Source: Octopus vulgaris
Taxonomy: Eukaryota
Length of the DNA: 64,000 nt
Assembly: GCA_951406725.2 (NCBI GenBank)
Contig: OX597832.1
Coordinates: 39,990,001 to 40,054,000 of the forward strand
Direction: 5' to 3'
Positions 32,876 through 47,046 of the stretch are shown one piece after another. The number at the start of each line of letters is the position of its first letter. Position 1 is the stretch's first letter. Both the position numbers and the translations under genes were made by a program. Under the pieces are notes generated by a model, which made no database searches, was not told where the DNA came from, and was given only the letters and a program-made list of their open reading frames with translations.

Positions 32876-33879
32876 TGTGTGTCTTTGTGTTTGATTCCCA
32901 TAACTTAGTAGTTCAGCAAAAGTGACCAGTAGAATGTATACTAGACTTAAAACAAAATATAAGTATGCAGGTTAATTCGTCTGACTAACACTCTTCAAGG
33001 CAGCATAGCCACAGTCCACAGAGAAAAGCAAGTAAAAGATAAAACGTCTATATACATGAAAATGTATATATCATTGTTATTATATTAAACTGTCGTATGT
33101 CCAAATTTGGCCAAATGGGGTTTTTTTTTTCAATATTTTTTTTGCTTGCAATAGGTGTTTCATTTGGTCAAACTATCATTTTCTGAAAAAGCATCGTTTT
33201 GGACTTACAACACTTTTGCATAATAGCAACAATCATCATCATCATCATTGTCGTTTAACGTCCGCTTTCCATGCTAGCATGGGTTGCACGATTTGACTGA
33301 GGACTGGTGAACCAGATGGCTGCACCAGGCTCCAATCTTGATCTGGCAGAGTTTCTACAGCTGGATGCCCTTCCTAATGCCAACCACTCCGAGAGAGTAG
33401 TGGGTGCTTTTACGTGCCACCAGCATGAGGGCCAATTAGGCAGTACTGGCAACTGTCATGGAAAATCGTGTTTTTTTTTACATGTCACCTGCACAAGTGC
33501 CAGTAAGGCGACACTGGTAATGATCACGCTGAAATGGTGCTTTTTACGTGCCACCGGCACGAACGCCAGTTGGCTGCTCTGGCAATGGTCACGCTTGGAT
33601 GGTGCTCTTAGTGCTCCACAAGCACGGATGCCAGTCATCAAATTTGGTTTCAATTCCAATTTCACTGTCTGACAGAGAACTCTCAGATTTTTCAAGTCTG
33701 TTTTACTATTACCAACATTTGCTGTCTCATTAAACTATGCTAAGCAGATCCCCAAAAATATTTCCTCCCATGTGTTCTTGACTACTTCCCCCACCTCTCT
33801 CTCTCTATTTTACTCTGTCGGTCTCTCTCTCTCTATGTTTCACTATGTCACCCTCTTTCGATTACCACTTGCTTTGCCA

Positions 33880-34528
33880 AGACTTCCTCCACCAAGACAG
33901 CAGCCAAAACAGTTCTCTTGCTTCAAACATCCTACAAGGATGCTGCCGTGAGCAAAACACAAGTTTACAAGTGGTTTCTACGCTTTTGGAATGGTCACTT
34001 GTTGCTTGAAGACCAACCTTGTTCAGGGTAACAACCAACCTCCCGAACAAACAAAAACATCATGAAAATTCACGAACTGATCTTGGTGAACTGGCACTAA
34101 GCAACTGACGAACTTGTTGATATGACTTGTGTATCCTGGAGATTCTGTCAAAGAATTGTGAATGAGGAATTGCAAAGGAAAAGAGTTACGGCAAAATTTG
34201 TGCCTCACTTACTCACAGAAGATCAAAAGCAGTCGTGCCTGAATGCATGTCATGAACAGAAAGAACAGTTGAAAGTGGATCACTGGTGAGGAAAGCTGAT
34301 GCTATGGAATTTGCAGATGTGGAAGAGGAGGAGTCAAAAAACAACAGAAATGTTAAAAGGCATCACTTCACAAGAGTTCCAGCATTGCTTCAAAAAGTGG
34401 AGAACTCATCTGGACTGATGCATTGCTTCAAATGGAGAATTCTTTGAAGGCGATAAAAGTGTAAATGTGTAAAACTAAGTGAATAAAATAATATTGCAAA
34501 ATTCCAGTTTCTTTTGGCTACCCCACAT
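33880..34528 (+). mobile_element. Mariner-like transposase remnant with internal deletion
   Basis: YKDAAVSKTQVYKWF..F..G...LED..SG.P and KRVTAKFVPHLLTEDQKQ; right end ...CTTTTGGCTACCCC. Confidence 0.75.
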
Positions 34529-36244
34529 ATATAAATGTGTGTGTATGTATGTATGTGTGTATGTATGTATGTATGTGTGTGTATGTATGTACGTATGTAT
34601 GTACGTATGTATGTTTGTATGTATGTATGTTTGCATGTATGTTTGTATGTATGTTTGTTTGTATGTATGTATGTATGTATGTACGTATGTATGTTTGTAT
34701 GTATGTATGTATATATGTATGTACGTACGTATGTATGTATGCATGTATATATGTATGTATGTATATAGGCCCATCTGTTGACGTGCACGTGGCACTACGA
34801 CAGTCTGTATAAGCCAAGACAGGAATTAAGAGATGAACGAGTGTATTCGTTTTCGTTATTTAGTCTCAGCTTTTGAAGGCAAAAAACGATTCTGGTTTCC
34901 GAAACATAAAATGGAAGTGCTTAACATTTGCAAAGTGACATCATGCTAGAATAATTGAAGAAATTTGGAAGAGATTTCAAGCAGATATATAGAATAACGT
35001 TTGTCAAGTCTGCTTAGTATATATTCCAGAGGCCTCCAAAATGTTTTACTTTATAACAAAGATGTAAGCTGTATGGTTTAATATAAGAATAAGTAGCTTT
35101 GTATTCAAGCTGGAGTCTATGACAAGGAGGCCGGCTCATACTTTATTAAATTACATGCTCATGGATGCATGCACACACATACACACGTGTATGTATGTAT
35201 GTATGTATGTATGTATGTATATATGTATGTATGTATGGATGTGTGTATGTATGTATGTGTGTATGTATGTATGTATGTATGTATGTATGTGTGTTTATGT
35301 ATGTATGAATGTATGTAGGTATGTATGTATGTGTGTTTATGTATGTATGTATGTATGTATGTATGTGTGTATGTATGTATGTATGTATGTTTGCATATAT
35401 GTATGTGTATGTATTATGTATGTATGTATGTGTATGTATGTGTGTATGTATGTATGTATGTATATATGTATGTATGTGTGTGTATGTATGTATGTATGTA
35501 TGTATGTATGTATGTATGTGTGTGTGTATGTATGTATGTATGTATGTTTGCATGTATGTATGTATGTATTATGTATGTATGTATGTGTATGTATGTGTGT
35601 ATGTATGTATGTATGTTTGCATGTATGTATGTATGTATTATGTATGTATGTATGTGTGTATGTATGTATGTATGTATGTATGTATGTATGTATGTATGTA
35701 TGTATGTATGTATGTATGTATGTATGTATGTATGTATGTGTGTGTGTATGTATGTATGTATGTATGTGTGTATGTATGTATGTGTGTATGTATGTATGTG
35801 TGTATGTATGTATGTATTATGTATGTATGTATGTGTATGTATGTGTGTATGTATGTATGTATGTATGTATGTATGTATGTATGTATGTATTATGTATGTA
35901 TGTATGTGTATGTATGTGTGTATGTATGTATGTATGTGTGTGTGTATGTATGTATGTATGTATGTGTGTATGTATGTATGTGTGTATGTATGTATGTATA
36001 TGTGTGTATGTATGTATGTATGTATGTATGCCTCCATGTATGTATGTATACACATACATACACACCACATGTGGATAAAGTAAGATTTGTCTTTTACTGT
36101 GTGCCACATGCACACACACACACACACACATTTCATGAAGCAAGTTAGTATAAAAACAAAACAAAAGCTGTATTGTACAACAAAATATAAATATTTATTG
36201 TAGAGTAAACACTTTTTAAGGAAATGATATTTATATGCATATAC

Positions 36245-36319
<75 letters not shown>

Positions 36320-36642
36320 TGTATATATATATATATATATATTTTCGTTTTTGGATTTGGTTTGTAAGATTCTTTATATGAGTTCGTGTGTTGAAGCATA
36401 TTCTGTTGTGTCTGGGGAGAATCGTTTTCTTTTTGTGCCTTATAATCTAACACACTCACCGGTAAAATTTCCACTTATTTCTTATTTTTATTTTCCTAGA
36501 ATTTTCGTTGTGTCTTGCAACCTTTTCAATAGTTTTGAGTCAAGACTATTGAAAAGGTTTTAAATTGATGTTAGTTAGTTAGTTAGTTAATTTTGGCTCA
36601 AATGTTAATCAAATTAATATCCAATTTTTCACCCTCACTTTA

Positions 36643-36730
<88 letters not shown>

Positions 36731-37221
36731 CAATATCGACATGCCTTTGTGTCTGTGTTTGTCCCCTACCACTGCTTGACAACTACTGTTGGTGTGTTTA
36801 TGTCTCCAAAACAGACCAATAGAATAAGTATTAGGCTTTAAAAAAAAAGTTCTGGGGTTGAGTTATTTGGCTAAAAGCCTTCAAGGTGGTGTTCCAGCAT
36901 GGCCACAGTCAAATGAAAAACAAGTAAAAGATAAACGATATAACATCGATTTTCCATGCTAATATAATAGATTTTTATTGAAGTCTTATCTTACAGTCAG
37001 ATGCTATCCCTGATGAAGAGGATTGGCCTGCAAGAATCGGGAGCTGATTCCACATAAAAAGCATTTGTGCCAGTCCCGTGTAAGAGGGCTTGGGTAGGAC
37101 TATGTTAAAAATGCCCAACACACTATGGGCCCAGCGACATATTGGGAAGCGTGTTTGAATGTGGATGAAGAAGTTTGTTTCTTCTCCCTCTCTTACTTTT
37201 TTCTACATATATATATATATC

Positions 37222-37530
37222 ACCGTGATCACCGTGACCAACCAGGCTATCAGATGTTGTTACACATCGCTGGTCACAATGCGCTTTGCATTGTTTTAGC
37301 CTTCAAATGATGCCACCCCGCTGGCTAAGCAAGCAGGCCAACAGGAAGAAAGAGTGAGAGAAAGTTGTAGCGAAACAGTACAGCAGGGATGGCCACCACC
37401 CCCTGCCGGAGCCTCGTGGGGCTTTAGGTGTTTTCGCTCAATAAACACTCACAACGCCCGGTCTGGGAATCGAAACCGTGATCCTACAACCGCGAGTTCA
37501 CTGCGCTAACCACTGGGCCATTGCTCCTCC
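37222..37530 (-). mobile_element. tRNA-derived SINE, family 3 (related copy at 39120-39420)
   Basis: Minus-strand tRNA-like head (TGGCCCAGTGGTTAGCGCAG...GGTTTCGATTCCC); body shared with the 39120-39420 copy. Confidence 0.7.
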
Positions 37531-37968
37531 ACACACACATATATATATATATAGTACACACACATACATACAAACATATGCATGTATATGTGTGTGTGTG
37601 TGGAGAGAGAGAGAGAGAGATGTATTTCATTTCATTACTTTCCTTGATTGTACCCTTCTTTTCCATTTAGGCCTGAAGCTTTTGACTGCAGTGCCTTGAG
37701 GACCAATAACAGACAGGATTTGATTTTTGGATTGGAAGTGTGTGCACATGTGAAAATACATACATACATATGAGTATGTATGTACATACATACATACATA
37801 TGTATGTATGTAGGTAGGTAGGTAGTAAGTAAGTAGATAGGTAGGTACGTATGTACATGCATACATATATACATGTGTGTATATATATGTAAATATATGT
37901 GTAAATATACGTATGTATGTACACACACATACACATATATACAGATAGATAGCTATATATATATATAT

Positions 37969-38031
<63 letters not shown>

Positions 38032-40013
38032 GTCACAAACACACACACCCATAAAATGAATAAGTTTTTAAATAAATCTATAAAATTAAAAAATGTATAT
38101 ACCTGAAAATGGAACAAAAGACGAATCATAAAATGTCAATAATACTTAAATTCGAAAAACTATGCCTCAATGCAATATATTTTAAATCCTGGTAGATAAA
38201 GTGGAAGCTGTAATCCCCACATTATGACATATATTTATTTATCATGAAATATAACATTTCAGCTGGGAGTATTATTGGTGTACATAGATTATGATATCAA
38301 TACAAAGTCAGAATATGTATCAAAGTTGGTGAATGTGTAGCAGAAGAGGAAGATCTGATGAGTGAAATACCATAGTAATATGAAATGAAATATCAAATTG
38401 TCTGAGATAGGAATTGCTTGGTATCTATAGCATATTTATCAAACATAGTAATAAATTATATTGTAGACTGGGCAGCAAATTTGATTATTTTTGGTTGTTT
38501 TAAATTCTAAAATATTGAACACATTGTTGATTAAATATAAAGAAAAATTTATTAAGTTTGGAAGCCTGGCACAGACTCTCGGTGGTTGCCAATGGTTGTT
38601 GCAAATCTTAAATAAATGTAATTGATATTAAATATTTGAAATACAACAGCAAAATTATAAAGACAAAAAAAAAATGGGATTTTTATTTGCGGATAATCAT
38701 TTCTGTCCTAGATTTTAAAACACACAGAGTCACACACGTGTATGTTATTCTTTATCATACCTGTGATACCTGTGTAGACACAGCTAGGTGCAGGCTTAGG
38801 TGAATCATAAAAGTATTGCTTTCCAGCCATGTGGTTCCGGGTTCAGTCCCACTGCACAGTCCAGCTTGGTGAGTGGATTTGATAGACTATTGAAAGAAAT
38901 GAAGCTAGCATGCTCCACCGGATGGGTAAGGTCTGTATGCACACACGACAGAGTGTAAATGATTTAAGGGGAAAACTGGATATAAGAGGCATCAGATGTT
39001 GTATGCAAGAGAGAAGGCTGTGCTGGTTTAGTCATGGGATGTGTGTGGTTGAGGAGAGCTGTGTAAAGAATTGCTGAGTTCTAATTGTGGAGGGGGTAGA
39101 CTCAGGAAGACATGGGTTGTTTGTTCCTTCTCAAGCCATGCCTGGCTTATAAGGGCCGGTTTCCCAGTTTCATTAGTGTATAGGTTCCCCACTGGATGGG
39201 ATGCCGGTCCGTCGTAGGTGAGCTGCAAGATGCAAGAGGAAAGAGTGAGAGAAAGTTGTGGAGAAAGAGTCAGCAGAAGTTCACCATTACCTTCTGCCGG
39301 AGCTGCGTGGAGCTTAGGTGTTTCGCTCATAAACACAAACATCACCCGGTCTGAGACTGGAACCCGTGATCCCTCAACCACGAGTCCGCTGCTCTAGCCA
39401 CTAGGCCATGTGCCTCCACAAGACATGGGTGAGAAAGGATCTTCACACACTGGGCCTCACTGAGGAAATGACAAGGGACCGGGAGATGAGGAGATTTGCT
39501 GTACTTGATAAGACACATCAAGCGAAATAAAATTGCTGTCTTCCACTCACACAGACTTGTTCTTTCAGGTGTCAGTGCCACATAAAAAGTCCCCATGCCA
39601 GCGTTGCATAAACTCATCTGTGCCAACGTCATGTAAAAAGGCACCCAGCACACTCTGTAAAGTGGTAGGCATTAGGAAGGGCATCCAGCCATAGAAACCA
39701 TGGCTCAACAGATAGCAGGGGTCTGGACAGCTCTCTGGCTTGCCAGCTTCATGTCAAACCATTCAAACCATACCAGCATGGAAAGTGGATGTTAAACAAT
39801 GATGAAGACAATATATATATATATGCCATGATAGATCATTAGCCACTACACACATTCTTTTTTTCTCCTTTTTTCTCTCTTTGTTTTTTCTGTGTCCCTT
39901 TCTGTAGAAGAGCATAGGCTCGAAACGTAAAAGACTTTTTCTATTCCTGAGCATTATACTAATACATCTGTTTGTTTTCTACACCATCTGTCTTCGTCTT
40001 TTGTTTTTTTTTC

Positions 40014-40063
<50 letters not shown>

Positions 40064-40644
40064 GGTGTGCCAATTTTGGGGAGTAAATAAGAAAATTCAT
40101 AATCTTTAATTTTGGTAGTAATTTATTGTTGCCTTTTAGCATATAAAACAAAATTCTGGAAAGAAGAATAATTTTAAACTCTTAACTACACAACAATATG
40201 AGTTTGAGATTTATGTTTTGAGAATTTTGAACATAATTGGTTCTCACCAGCATCTTTCTGTTTCAAGTTTCATATATACTATAATACATTCCAGTATTCT
40301 ACCTGAAATTAGTCAAAGCCTTCCACATATTATTATACCCACTACAGAAATTACGTTGTGCTGAAATCAAGGAAAGCTAGCCAACAGAATTCTTTTTAAA
40401 AAGATCGTTATTTCTATATTGAATCAATTTCGGAATTAATCTCATAATAGATTTTTTCCTCTTCAGTAGAAAATGCGAATAGAAATAAATGAAATACTTA
40501 CATGTGCCCATGGAAAAAAAAGCCGAAGCAAACAACCATGAGTACATATAAGTACCACAGATATATCTAAATATAAAATCCTTTGGTTAGCCTCAGCACA
40601 CGTGTGAACTGTTCTCCACCACAGCTTATAGTGGTTACCAGTCC

Positions 40645-41130
40645 CTATAGCGAATATGTAATATGTGGTAGTCATGCACTACCTGCCTGATAAGAAACTC
40701 AGACACTCCCATATAGGTGGTGATGGACCGGATTGACTTGGAGGGATCATTGTCAATCATGGTCTGGATCTCACCAACAAATTCAGTTCTTTTCTTATCA
40801 GAATGATCAGAATGAGTTTTCCAAGCTGCCTTACCTTCATAATCACCATTAGACTCATCCAACTCTTTCTGAATCTTCTGCACTCTCCTCAAATTGACAC
40901 CCAAACACTCTGAAATGTTTGTTTTGGAGTTTCCCATGCAAATGCCAAGCAGTACAGCATGTTGTTTCCAAATTTCTGGCAGAGTGATTTGTGTCATGGT
41001 GCTGTTTTTATCACAGATGGTGCCCGACTGACCCTACTATACTGTGTAGATGACAAAATCAAAAACAAACCATGTACATGCACGTAATTGAAAATATAAA
41101 ATAGCAACAGTTTACCCATCACACCCTGTA
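40645..41130 (-). mobile_element. Tc1/mariner superfamily (maT-like) 5' end encoding the HTH region
   Basis: Terminus TA|CAGGGTGTGATGGG; ORF 40635-40997 with ISECLGVNLRRVQKI and IDNDPSKSIRSI...MGVSEFLIRQVVH. Confidence 0.7.
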
Positions 41131-42396
41131 TACACACACACACACATACACATATACATACATACACATACATGTTTGTTTGTATATATATGCATATATA
41201 TATATGCGTGTGTGTACTTATATGTGTGTTTATATACATACATACATGTGTGTATGTGTGTGTGGGGAGTGCATGCATGGATATATAAATGGGTCTACAT
41301 TTTGTATATATTTACCTGTATATATGCCTGTGCATCTATAACTGTGTGAATTTCATCTGAAAATACAATATAAACACATATAAAACAAAAACAAAAAAAT
41401 TATTGCAGAAACGATGCACAATGTTGCTGTTATTAAGATTTAACCCCAAGCAGCCTTATTGAGTAGATTGACCTGAGATCAACCAGGTCATCCAGTTCAA
41501 TCTGGTCAAAGACATCCCACCCATGACAGCTGTGGGCTTTTTTACTGATGTAGTATTATCTAGTACCCTATTAGCCAACGTGTCCTTCATTTTTTTAAAG
41601 ATAGTGAGTGTGTTGATTTGGGGAACATTTAGCAGTTATTTCTAGTAGCTTAGGAAATTCTTCAGCTTAAATGATATAGATTTGGTTGAATATATAAATT
41701 TGTACTTGGTTAATATAAGTAGTTCCTGCCAAGAGTTTGCTAGCAATAAAAACATATTTGTAAGGTTACACATAGAGCTTCAAGTGCTCTCAACTGGAAT
41801 TAAATCTGACAGAATATATGAATATAAACTCAACCTGAAGATAAGGTAAAAAGAGAAAAGAATAATAGAAAACAGGAAGAAAAAATAGGACCAAGATAAA
41901 GAAATCTACTAAATGATAAGATTACATACACAAGGTATCCAGACTAATAAAATATTGTATGAGTGTTTGTGTAATGGTTATCCGAGTCACTGCTGACTCA
42001 CAATTTTTTTGTTTTTTTTCCTTTTTGGTGGTAGGTGAGAGTAGAGTGTTTGGGTACATTTCTGTTGTGTTTGTATATTGATATATATTATTTTGTAAAA
42101 GTACCGAGGTAACATGGCATTGATGGGACTATTAATATTAACTGGTGAAACACCATGGTAACATACGTGTAGTGCAGCCCCATCCCTATGTCTTGTGGAA
42201 AGAATGTATATGTGTATGTGTGTGTGTGTGTACACATACACACATTCACTCATGCACACGTGATGGGCTTCCACCCAAATTCCATCACAAGTCATTGTTT
42301 GACTCAAAGCTTTAGTAGAAGACACTTGACCAAGGTGCCACTTTGTGGGACTAAACCCAAAACCACATGGCTAAAGCAAACATCTTAATCATGCTG

Positions 42397-42448
<52 letters not shown>

Positions 42449-42617
42449 GTATATATATATATTGGAGTGGTTGGCATTCGGAAGGGCATCCAGCTGTAGA
42501 AATTCTGCCAAAGCAAGATTGGAACCTGATGCAGCCATCTGGTTCGCCAGCCCTCAGTCAAAATCGTCCAACCCATGCTAGCATGGAAAGCAGACGTTAA
42601 ATGATGATGATGATGGA

Positions 42618-42656
<39 letters not shown>

Positions 42657-43227
42657 GGAAAATTCAACAAAATAAAAACAAAAGACGAAGACAGGTGGTG
42701 TAGACAACAAGTAGATGTATTAGTTTAACGCTCAGCAAGTGAAAAAGTCTTTAATGTTTCGAGCCTATGCTCTTCCACAGAAAGGAACACAGAAAGAAAC
42801 AAGGAGAGAAAATAAGGAATGTGTAGAATTTGATACCCGGCAGTACATTGTGTCCTTGAGCAAGACACTTTATTTCACATTGGTCCAGTCCATTCAGCTG
42901 GCAAAAATGAGTAGTACCTGTATTTCAAAAGGGCCAGCCCTTGTCATATATCCTGTGTTACGCAGAGTCCCCCTGAGAATTACGTTAAGGGCAAGAGTGG
43001 CTATGGAGTGTTCAGCCACTTGCACGTTAATTTCATGAGCAGGTTGTTCCATTGATCAGACCAACTGGAACCTTCGTTGTTGTAACCGATGGAATGCCTG
43101 TTACATAGTACCACCACTGCACACACCACTGCCACCACTATCACCACCACCACAACCACTGTTATTACCACCCCACTGCTATTATCCTGTCATTACACCC
43201 CATTTACCCTACTGTTACCCCTTCTTG

Positions 43228-43545
43228 TGGAGACCCCCTTCAGTCATGACTGACCATAGGATTGCACCTAGGAAGTTCCCCGCTGAGGCACAAGTCCAGG
43301 CAAGGTTGCTTTATGGAAGACCAGCAGTTGCCCATGCATACCGGCCTCCCCTCTCCATGACACCAGTGTTATCCAAGGGACAAGGCAAAGGCTGATACAG
43401 CTTGGCACCAGTGACGTCACAACTCATTTCTACAGCTGAGTGAATTGGAGCAATGTGAAATGAAGTGTCTTGCTCAAGAACACAACACGCAGCCTGGTCC
43501 AGGAATCGAACTCATAACCTTGTGGTTGTGAGCCCAACACTGTAA
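43228..43545 (-). mobile_element. SINE, family 4 (related heads at 10755-10915 and 42830-43100 on +)
   Basis: GAGTTCGATTCC B-box followed by GTGTTCTTGAGCAAGACACTT...TTGCTCCA...CTCAGCTG. Confidence 0.65.
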
Positions 43546-43751
43546 CTGCCACCAATACCAACACTGTTTAACATAACAGCAACAATATATATATATATAC
43601 TTAGCTGTATATATATATGTGTGTGTGTGTGTATGTATATTTTTATATATTTGTACACAATATATTTATACACATAGTATTTATGTATACATATATAGGT
43701 ATATATGTATATATATATATATATATACATACACTATATATATATATATAT

Positions 43752-43872
43752 ATATCACTTTGAAAACACCGGTTCTTGTCCGATCATTGAAGTTAAGCAA
43801 AGTCGAGCCTAGTTAGCTAGTTAGTACTTAGATGGGTGACCACTTGGGAAACCAAGGTGCTGTAAACGTCTT
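43752..43872 (+). rRNA. 5S rRNA-derived sequence (degenerate, 5'-truncated pseudogene or SINE3 head)
   Basis: ATATCACTTTGAAAACACCGGTTCTTGTCCGATCATTGAAGTTAAGCAA...TTAGTACTTAGATGGGTGACC..TGGGAA..GGTGCTGTA matches metazoan 5S; carries an 8-bp internal duplication (CTAGTTAG) and several substitutions. Confidence 0.85.
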
Positions 43873-44369
43873 TCTATCTTTTAATGGCAGTGCCCCAGCA
43901 TGGCCACAGCTCGTGAGCTGAAACTAGATGAAATAAAATAAATAAAATATATACACACATACACCCACACTCACACACAGTATACGTTTATGTACACACA
44001 TACATACATAAGTATGCTTGTACATATGTTGGTATGCCTGTATGTCTGTGCACACCAACCAACCAAACACACAGAGAGTCAAGTACTTCTGCAAAGTATT
44101 TAGAGCCTATCCAAACCGTAGCTGTACCATAATGTTTCAGGCCAATGCTTCCTACTCTTACTCTGCACCATTCCACCACACCCAGGATTCCCACCCTTGA
44201 CAGTACACCACCTCCACCACCACCACCACCACCACCACCGGTGCCCCTACCACCACACCTCGGTTTCATCTCATAATTATTTTTATCTATCTATATTCGT
44301 AAATAGCATCCAAGATCTGGTTGATACCTGGATAGATTGTGGATTGCCTGATATGATGCGGTGGAGGGA

Positions 44370-45050
44370 AGCATGGTGGTGGTGGTGGTGGTGATGGTGG
44401 TGGTGGAAGTGTTTATGATGGTGGTGATGTATGTGAAGTGTGTAATTGTAGAGGAAGGGTTGATGTAGTGGTGGGAGTAATAGAAGTTATGGTAGTAGCA
44501 TTAGTGGTGGTGGTGGTGGTGGTGGTGGTGGTGGTGATATGGTAGGGATATTGCTGGTGACTATGTGTGTGCTAGTGGTGGTGGTATTGATAGTGGTATA
44601 TGTGGTGGTGGTGGTGGTGGTGGTGGTGGTAGTGGTGTGAAGGGTATTGGTGATGATGATGATATGTGGCAATGGTAGTGTATATGGTAGTGGTGGTGGT
44701 GGTAGTAGTATATGTGGTAGTAGTGTATGTGGTGGTATTGTATATGATGATAGTTTCTGTGGTGGAAATGTGTGTGGTAATATATATGTGGTGGTGGTGG
44801 TGGTGGTGGTGGTGTGGAGGGTACTGTTGAAAAGGTGGTAGTGATGGTGATGGTGTGTGGAAGTGGTGGTGGCAGTATATGTAATAGTGCATGCGGTGGC
44901 AGTGTATGTCATAGTATGCTTGTGGCGATGGTGGAATAGAGGGTATTGTTGATGATGGTGGTAGTGACTGTGCATGTAGTAGTGGTGGTGGTGGTGGTGG
45001 TGGTGGTGGTGGTGGGTGGTGGTGGTGATGGTGGTAGTGTATATGTTGAT
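44370..45050. repeat. Degenerate (GGT)n low-complexity tract
   Basis: Direct inspection. Confidence 0.9.
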
Positions 45051-45522
45051 GCATGTGCTATATGTTACGTTGGTAGTAGTTATGGAGGGTCAAAGTCGGA
45101 AACAAAAACAGGACAGTGGAGATATACAAGGAAACCGAATGAAAACAAACATGGAGAATCGTTGGACCAGAACGTGAGGAAAATAGTGAGCACTGTGAGA
45201 AATATTTTCTTTGAAAAGAGAAAAGATAGAAGAGAGAGACAGAAGAGGTCCGGTCCTTAGAACATCATGCAGGAAAAGAAAGATGGTCACGTGAGGAAAA
45301 GAAAGATGGACGATGGTCATGTGTGAGCAATGAGAGAAAGAGAAAAAGAGAAAGAGGGTGAGAGAGACAGATAGAAAATGGTGAAGAGGAGAAAAAGGGA
45401 ATTAGAGAAAGATGGGGGAGAAAACAGTATAGAGTCGCATCAAAAAGGTGAAGATAAACTTACTTGGAAATGGATGCTTTGTGTTCAATTAAATAATAAT
45501 ATGAATAATATATATATATGTA

Positions 45523-45747
45523 TACTCTTTACTCTTTTACTTGTTTCAGTCATTTGACTGCGGCCATGCTGGAGCACCGCCTTTAGTCGAGCAAATCGAC
45601 CCCAGGACTTATTCTCTGTAATCCCAGTACTTATTCTATCGGTCTCTTTTGCCGAACCGCTAAGTGACGGGGACGTAAACACACCAGCATCGGTTGTCAA
45701 GCAATGCTTGGGGGACAAACACAGACACACAAACATATACACACATA

Positions 45748-45791
<44 letters not shown>

Positions 45792-45957
45792 TACGACAGG
45801 CTTCATTCAGTTTCCGTCTACCAAATCCACTCACAAGGCATTGGTCGGCCCGGGGCTATAGCAGAAGACACTTGCCCAAGATGCCACGCAGTGGGACTGA
45901 ACCCGGAACCATGTGGTTGGTTAGCAAGCTACTTACCACACAGCCACTCCTGCGCCT
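45523..45957 (-). mobile_element. Full-length tRNA-derived SINE, family 1. Near-identical copies at 48027-48420(+), 48638-49040(-), 50807-51185(-), 51870-52240(-) and 55186-55588(+); many partial copies
   Basis: Head GGCGCAGGAGTGGCTGTGTGGTAAG...GGTTCAGTCCC, internal (TA/TG)n, and tail GCGGTGCTCCAGCATGGCCGCAGTCAAATGACTGAAACAAGTAAAAGAG. Confidence 0.9.
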
Positions 45958-46663
45958 ATATGGGTACAGGACATCACCAACTGTGTAAACAACATGAAGT
46001 ACAAAAACAAATGAGTTAAATACACAAACAGCCAGAGTAAAAATAAAAGGGAAAACGGGACAAGTAACATAGAGAACGACCCTTCATCAGTTGTCGACTG
46101 TCTATCTACTCCTCATTTCGAGCATTCAACGACAATATTTTCTTCGAAGACAGTTGCTCCCATAAATTCAATCCCCTAAAGTCATCAACAATCTAACCTA
46201 AATCCCCATTTCTTTCCCTACTCTCCCTTTCTTTATTCTTAACAACTTTAGACATTCAGACAATAGCCGACTCCCAAATTTTTTACTGTTTGTTTCTTTT
46301 CTCTTATCAACCATTTTATTTCTTCATATATTTTATTTTCTGTTTTGTATATTTTTCTTACTCCGTTCTTCTGGCTTCACCAATTATTTTGAATTATATT
46401 TCCAGCAAGTCAACTTGGGATTCCTTAAAAGACAATATAACCTTCATATATATTTCTTTACTAACCACAAGGGGCTAAACACAGAGTGGACAAACAAGGA
46501 CAGACAAACGGATTAAGTCGATTACATTGACCCAGTACGAAACTGGTACTTTATTTATTGACCCCGAAAGGATGAAAGGCAAAGTCAACCTTGGCGGAAT
46601 TTTAACTCAGAATGTAACGACAGACGAAAACGACAATATAAGCTTCATATAATTAAGGTATTT

Positions 46664-46751
46664 TCAACCTGATGAGTGGCTAACAGTGTATCCTTTATTG
46701 AGTAATTATTACTTGTAAAGACCTGCTAGCTAGGAAACACGTGTAGCCTGG
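46664..46751 (+). ncRNA. Degenerate hammerhead ribozyme motif with long stem II
   Basis: CUGAUGA-[branched stem]-GAAAC-ACGU-GUA; palindromic ACGU loop III; stem I poorly paired. Confidence 0.45.
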
Positions 46752-46981
46752 ATTAACTCCATTCTCTCAATCTGGATTTTTATTCACATTCATTGCAACC
46801 CCAGTTGCTGATGACTGCAAACTATAAAAACGTTTTCTAGCTTATTGAACTTCGATTTAGGAAAAGCCTACAACCTTTTAGGTCAATAAACTATTATTGT
46901 TCCTGAAAGCCGTTTTTTTATATCTACCATGGACTGCTTGAAGCTTACCAACTTCCTACACCTGGATCTTTGGATCTTACA

Positions 46982-47046
<65 letters not shown>

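Noticed and set aside
31242-36316. Long MYVC/HTYI ORFs
   Set aside because: Translations of (TATG)n microsatellites.
45880-45957. tRNA genes
   Set aside because: A/B-box sequences here and elsewhere are SINE heads without a complete cloverleaf.
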